Sequence record: SRR31156797_124
Length of the DNA: 42,862 bases
Direction: 5' to 3' (one strand)
A program made the position numbers and the translations under genes. Below are positions 38,460 through 42,862 of the stretch, piece after piece (position 1 is the stretch's first letter; every line of letters begins with the position of its first letter). Below the pieces are notes generated by a model that was not told the origin of the DNA, did no database searches, and saw only the letters and a list, made by a program, of their open reading frames with translations.

Positions 38460-39725
38460 TTAATCAGTAGGAATGAATCTGATAGGCACTGCATAGCTGT
38501 CACCGATAGCAGCAGTGCTTTCGTTATATATATCTTCTAAATCTGAATTGAAATCTGAAGGGATATCAATATCATCAATTTGTATCTCATCTGCTGTTAA
38601 GCCAGCTGGCAGAACATGATAGTCTGTATATCTGGAGTAGTCATTGTAAATAAATGTTGGCAAGAACTCACATTTATCTATGCTCACTTCTCCTGTATCA
38701 GGATAGAATGTAAGGTATGCATACGCTATTCCTCCACGCTTACAATTATCAAGAAATGTATTAGCTATAAAATTCCCCAAGCTCCAGCATACTAATGTAT
38801 TATGCTTGCTACCATCTTCCATTGTAGTTGAAATCATCTCTATAGGCTGAAGCGTATGAGTATGATGACCAAATATTATATCTACACCTAATTCAGACAT
38901 AAGATTAGCTGTCTCAAGCTGTTCATCAATTGGCTCCAGAAATTCTTCTTTACCCCAGTGAGCAGAGGCTATTATTATATCTGCATCAGCATCCTTAAGC
39001 ATTTGAACCTGTTCTTCAATGTGTTCTTTTGTTGCAATACTCAGCATATATTCCTGATCTTCTTTAGATACTACCCGGCTATGCTGTATTCCATATGTAT
39101 TTGAAAGTATGCCGATTTTCACACCTTTTACTTCAATTATCAAAGGCTTTTCCCTATCTTCGGGAGTACTGTATGTTCCGGTATGATAAATACCGTTTTC
39201 CTCCATTAATTCTATTGTTCGTCTGACACCAGTTGCACCTCTGTCATAGCTGTGGTTATTTGCATTTGTCAGAACATCGTAGCCTGCATCTACAATAGAA
39301 TAAAAGAATTCATCAGGAGAATTGAAGTAGGGGAAGCCGGTATACACTTCATCTTCTCCGGCAAATACAGTTTCCAGATTACCTATTGTAAGGTCAGGGT
39401 ATTCCAAAGCAGCCTTAATATATTTGAATACGTGATCAAAATCATAGTCTTCTCCTTTGTTTTTTACAGCAGCAGTATATGATGCATCTTCCATCTGGAG
39501 GTCATGACACATGATATCACCAGTTGCACCTATTATTAGTTTAACAGGCGGGATTGCAGTTGGTTCAATAGTAGCTTCTGGTGTTGCTGCAGATGGTGTA
39601 TTGCTTTCTGGAGTAGGAGTTATTATCGGGGTAGCGTTAACCAATTCTTGTGATTCAGAGGAGCAGCCCGTTGTAAAAGATAATATTAAACATAATAAAA
39701 ATATGTAGATAAACGTCATTTTCAT
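38460..39725 (-). CDS. CapA-family (PGA_cap) metallophosphoesterase-fold lipoprotein
   Basis: Lipobox FTTG-C, P/T linker, GDIMCH, GNLET, ANNHSYD, AHWG, GHHTH and SLGNF motifs. Confidence 0.88.
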   Translation of the reverse strand: MKMTFIYIFLLCLILSFTTGCSSESQELVNATPIITPTPESNTPSAATPEATIEPTAIPPVKLIIGATGDIMCHDLQMEDASYTAAVKNKGEDYDFDHVFKYIKAALEYPDLTIGNLETVFAGEDEVYTGFPYFNSPDEFFYSIVDAGYDVLTNANNHSYDRGATGVRRTIELMEENGIYHTGTYSTPEDREKPLIIEVKGVKIGILSNTYGIQHSRVVSKEDQEYMLSIATKEHIEEQVQMLKDADADIIIASAHWGKEEFLEPIDEQLETANLMSELGVDIIFGHHTHTLQPIEMISTTMEDGSKHNTLVCWSLGNFIANTFLDNCKRGGIAYAYLTFYPDTGEVSIDKCEFLPTFIYNDYSRYTDYHVLPAGLTADEIQIDDIDIPSDFNSDLEDIYNESTAAIGDSYAVPIRFIPTD

Positions 39726-39812
39726 AGAATGATTATATAATAAGATAACTCTAATAGCAATAAATACAAAAAATCACATTATTATGTCACTGTGAAGTAT
39801 CTATTTGTAATA

Positions 39813-39837
39813 AATGTCTGCCTTATGGGCAGACATT
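39813..39837 (-). terminator. Hairpin terminator after the anchor gene
   Basis: AATGTCTGCC-TTATG-GGCAGACATT, about 10 bp past the stop at 39847; the U tract is weak. Confidence 0.7.
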
Positions 39838-39846
39838 AGAAATATT

Positions 39847-41142
39847 TTATTGTGGTAGATATCTATTTGCTTTTTTCCTTCGATTGTTGAGTAATTTCAC
39901 CATTAAGACTATATAGAGCACAAAGATTAAAACAACAAAAACAACAAGAAGAATAAAATTCATTTTTTTAGAATCAGTTGTATTTCCAGCTTCTGTAGTA
40001 TTAAGGGGATTGTTTATAGCATTTGTTATTACACTGCTTGATAAAATATAGCTTGAATAGTGAGGTATACCTATGTTTATTGTATTATCATCGCCGACCG
40101 TTGATGAGGATATAAATTCTAGAGTATTGGTATCTGGATTATAATAGTACAGATACATAATCTGACCTGCAGATTGATCTATAACGCTGAAAGTATAGTA
40201 TATTTCAGTAGGAAGTGATTCATTATTGAAATGCAACTGATAATTATCCTGATTGTTTGCCAGACTGCTGATCTGGGCATCTTTGTAGAATACCATATCA
40301 AGATTTGCAGTCTTGCTTATGTCAGAGATATCTTCAATTTCACTGCCTTTAATTGTGCACTTATATGATGGAGTAGTTATTACTAAATTAGCTCCCTTTT
40401 CTTTTAGTACTGAAAGCAATTGATAAGGAATTACACAGTCTTCATTGACTGATACAGTAAAATCAGTATCATTTGCTATATTTACTTGATCAATCAGCTG
40501 GAACCAGATTTCACTGACTTCATTGGTGGTTGGAGTTGCTGTTGGTTCAATAGTAATACTTGGGCTGGGAGATGGAGTGTCTGCACTAGGAGAAGGAGTA
40601 GGTGAGTCCGTAGGTTCTGGTGAATCAGTTGCTGTTGGTTTTGCAGTTGCAGGTTTTTTTGTGGCAGTAGCAGTAGGCTTTGCGGTAGGTTTAGCAGTCG
40701 GAGCTGATGTAGCTGAAGCTATTACTGAGATTGTTTTTGAACCGGATATGCTAAACTCAGAGATTTCAAAATTTTCCGAATTTACGCTAGTACCGCTTCC
40801 TGAAACTACAATACTTGCAGATTGTCCAGCTGATGCATTTTCTGAAACTGTTACTTTAATAGAACCAGTAGCTGTTATGCTTTCGTCATATCCACTGGAA
40901 GAATCTTTGCTCCATGTGCCGCTTGTACCGCCAATAGAACCAGATGAACATTCAATTGTACCCATGATGGATGAAGCTGTTGCAGTGACAGTTATATCGT
41001 ATTCATATGTTTCCCCAACTTCTACCTGGCTGGGACCGCTGATAGTGACATTTACATCAGGAGCAGCCTTTATAGTATTTACTGGTATAACAAAGGATAG
41101 AGCCAGTATGAATGTTAGTATTATTAATAACTTGTTTTTCAT
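39847..41142 (-). CDS. Membrane-anchored surface protein: signal peptide, cohesin-like beta-sandwich, Pro/Thr stalk, HYS-motif domain, C-terminal TM
   Basis: Signal peptide ending IKA; beta-rich aa 27-142; PTAK/TPSP linker aa ~143-206; domain ending IPHYSSYILS; TM aa ~396-415 followed by RRKK. The CDS is certain; the domain names are inferred. Confidence 0.75.
   Translation of the reverse strand: MKNKLLIILTFILALSFVIPVNTIKAAPDVNVTISGPSQVEVGETYEYDITVTATASSIMGTIECSSGSIGGTSGTWSKDSSSGYDESITATGSIKVTVSENASAGQSASIVVSGSGTSVNSENFEISEFSISGSKTISVIASATSAPTAKPTAKPTATATKKPATAKPTATDSPEPTDSPTPSPSADTPSPSPSITIEPTATPTTNEVSEIWFQLIDQVNIANDTDFTVSVNEDCVIPYQLLSVLKEKGANLVITTPSYKCTIKGSEIEDISDISKTANLDMVFYKDAQISSLANNQDNYQLHFNNESLPTEIYYTFSVIDQSAGQIMYLYYYNPDTNTLEFISSSTVGDDNTINIGIPHYSSYILSSSVITNAINNPLNTTEAGNTTDSKKMNFILLVVFVVLIFVLYIVLMVKLLNNRRKKANRYLPQ
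40525..40716 (-). repeat. Low-complexity Pro/Thr/Ala/Ser coding repeats (PTAK, TDSP, PSPS)
   Basis: Translation ...APTAKPTAKPTATATKKPATAKPTATDSPEPTDSPTPSPSADTPSPSPS... Confidence 0.8.
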
Positions 41143-41164
41143 TATTTACCTCAAAATACAGACT

Positions 41165-42862
41165 TTAGTAATACACTCTTTTACCATGAGTAAACATGGT
41201 AGCATAGTAACCTTCTAATTTAGATATAACAACATTGCTGTATGAACCGGAAGCATGAATGAAATATCCATCATTTAGATATATAGCAGTATGACCAATT
41301 TTATTTGGATTGCTGTCAGATTGAAAGAACATCAAATCACCAGGCTGAAGATTTTCTTTGCTTACATTTGCCCAGTCATTATTATATGCATAGTTATGGG
41401 CAGTAGAGCGAATCAGCGAATACCCAGTGCTTTTGATACAATAGTAGACCAAACCTGAGCAGTCAAATTTATCAGGACCTTCATCACCCCAGCTATAGGG
41501 CTTACCATATTGGCTAAGAGCTGTCTCAACCATTTGCTTTATATTTGCATTACTGATTTCAGGCAGAGCATTTAAATCATCATTAAGTTTTCTGATTCCT
41601 AAAATGTCCAGCCTAATTAGAGTATAGTCAGATATTGATATTGCATTATCGTAATTTGTATCTGAAGATACCAGATTGTACTGCGGATCAATTTTCTTTA
41701 AGTTCAGAATATGGAGCCTGAGCAAAGTATAGTCAGAAATACTGATTACTCCGTCACCATTTATATCGCCTTTAACTATTATTGTCATGCTATCTTTGAT
41801 GGTATTATCAACTACTAGATTTGCTATCATACCTGATAGTATCAAATCTCCGGATGGTGATGAACCATCACTATTGGTAATAACAATATCACTGGAGAAG
41901 TTGGATAAGTTTGCTTTAAACTGGGCAATATTTGTATTTGCACCAACGTCAACAATTGATTTTAGAGATCTGTCAACATTATAAATAGTTGAAGCCAAAG
42001 AGTAGGTGCTTACGTTAATTGAGCAGGAAGTAGTATATCCTGTTTCTGAATTACTGATAGTAATCATACAGCTTCCAGAAGATATAGGGGTAACCATACC
42101 GTTTGATACTGTAGCAACTGATAAGTCAGAGCTTGACCAGATAATATCCTGATTAACAATGGTTTTATTAGAAATAATACTTGAAACCAGATCGAATTCA
42201 TTACCCATATAAATATTCAAGATATATGTATTCAGCTTAATTCCGCATACCTTAATATTTACTGAAGTAGTTATTGTTGGTATTTCGTTGCAGGTTACCG
42301 TAATGGTTGCTTCGCCTGTGGCATTGCAGGTAATTGTACCATTATCTGCAACTTGTGCAATTGCACTATCAGAGCTGTTCCATGTAAACGTTAATGAATT
42401 TATTACGTTTGGATCAGCAAGAATCTCAGTATTGAGAGTGTGTGTATCGCCTGCTTTCAACTCAAGTGCATCAACATTAGTGGTTATAGCAATTCCGGAT
42501 ACAACTATCTCAATAGTATCATAATAATTACCGTCAGGGGTACTAGCGGTGATAGTTGCAATACCTCTGGCGACAGGGATAACAGTGCCGTTTGCTACTG
42601 TTGCTATATTAGGGTTGCTTGTAGTATATTCAATTTCATCCTTCGTTATTAGGTTATCTGGAGTAATATTGATATTTAGAGTAACATTTTCACCCACGTT
42701 AGTATAGATTCTGGACTGTTCAATATCTATACTTCCTTCAACAGATGTAACATTATAAGTTGCTTTAATTGTACTATCATATGCCCAGCTTGCAGTAATT
42801 GATGTACTGCCAGCAGATTGTGCAGTAATTATATTGTTTTCAACTGAAATTATATTGTTATC
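41165..42862 (-). CDS. Modular NlpC/P60 (C40) cell-wall peptidase with Ig-like (Big_2) repeats and a type I-like dockerin; 5'-truncated by the window
   Basis: The frame stays open for 55 codons upstream of track start 42697, to the window edge. At least three [YW]xSS[ND]xx[IV]A[TQ]VxNG Ig repeats; dockerin repeats GDINGDGVISISDYTLLRLHIL and SDTNYDNAISISDYTLIRLDIL (~41585-41770); PYSWG, FDCSGL, PGDLMFF, GHTAIY and FIHAS motifs. Confidence 0.92.
   Translation of the reverse strand, partial: DNNIISVENNIITAQSAGSTSITASWAYDSTIKATYNVTSVEGSIDIEQSRIYTNVGENVTLNINITPDNLITKDEIEYTTSNPNIATVANGTVIPVARGIATITASTPDGNYYDTIEIVVSGIAITTNVDALELKAGDTHTLNTEILADPNVINSLTFTWNSSDSAIAQVADNGTITCNATGEATITVTCNEIPTITTSVNIKVCGIKLNTYILNIYMGNEFDLVSSIISNKTIVNQDIIWSSSDLSVATVSNGMVTPISSGSCMITISNSETGYTTSCSINVSTYSLASTIYNVDRSLKSIVDVGANTNIAQFKANLSNFSSDIVITNSDGSSPSGDLILSGMIANLVVDNTIKDSMTIIVKGDINGDGVISISDYTLLRLHILNLKKIDPQYNLVSSDTNYDNAISISDYTLIRLDILGIRKLNDDLNALPEISNANIKQMVETALSQYGKPYSWGDEGPDKFDCSGLVYYCIKSTGYSLIRSTAHNYAYNNDWANVSKENLQPGDLMFFQSDSNPNKIGHTAIYLNDGYFIHASGSYSNVVISKLEGYYATMFTHGKRVYY

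Noticed and set aside
156-39708. Many short alternative-frame or antisense ORFs in the track (e.g. 156-401, 7439-7930, 12288-12794, 23538-24056, 29388-29807, 32161-32520)
   Set aside because: They overlap well-supported genes and show no recognisable motifs.
40523-41218. 231-aa plus-strand ORF rich in V/G/A
   Set aside because: Antisense shadow of the P/T/S-rich anchor gene.
41165-42697. Track start at 42697 for the NlpC/P60 protein
   Set aside because: The frame is open to the window edge with further Ig-like sequence and no signal peptide, so the true start is outside the window.
1-42862. CRISPR arrays, tRNA/rRNA, transposases, integrases, phage or defence genes
   Set aside because: None was recognised; intergenic regions are short and show no repeat-spacer or cloverleaf pattern.

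Overview
AT-rich, gene-dense chromosomal segment from an endospore-forming Clostridia-class bacterium, inferred from spo0A, a T-box, cdaA-cdaR and a dockerin. Most of it is housekeeping: the 3' end of pyrG, buk, ung, spo0A, an EF-G paralogue, cysK, hisS-aspS-tcdA-rseC, glyA, galK, queT behind a preQ1-I-like riboswitch, T-box-controlled proS, glutamine-dependent nadE, and a PAS-PP2C/cdaA/cdaR/FAD-oxidoreductase unit. It also holds a two-gene surface-protein cassette with an LRR lipoprotein and a cell-envelope cluster (GlpQ, LCP, CapA-like). I recognised no mobile element, CRISPR array, tRNA or rRNA. The strongest candidate for a new system is at the right end. An Ig-repeat/dockerin/NlpC-P60 peptidoglycan hydrolase lies 22 bp upstream of a membrane-anchored protein with a cohesin-like N-terminal domain, a Pro/Thr stalk and a GAIN/ZU5-like H-Y-S motif. 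This suggests a non-cellulosomal, possibly releasable cohesin-dockerin tether for a cell-wall hydrolase. Other points of interest are a ~10-bp-phased array of 0A-like boxes upstream of a Spo0A with an SKVERAIR helix, a Cys-rich PAS phosphatase next to cdaA, an EF-G paralogue with altered GTPase motifs, and a radical SAM protein with a clamp-binding-like tail. All family calls come from recognising motifs by eye; no searches were run.
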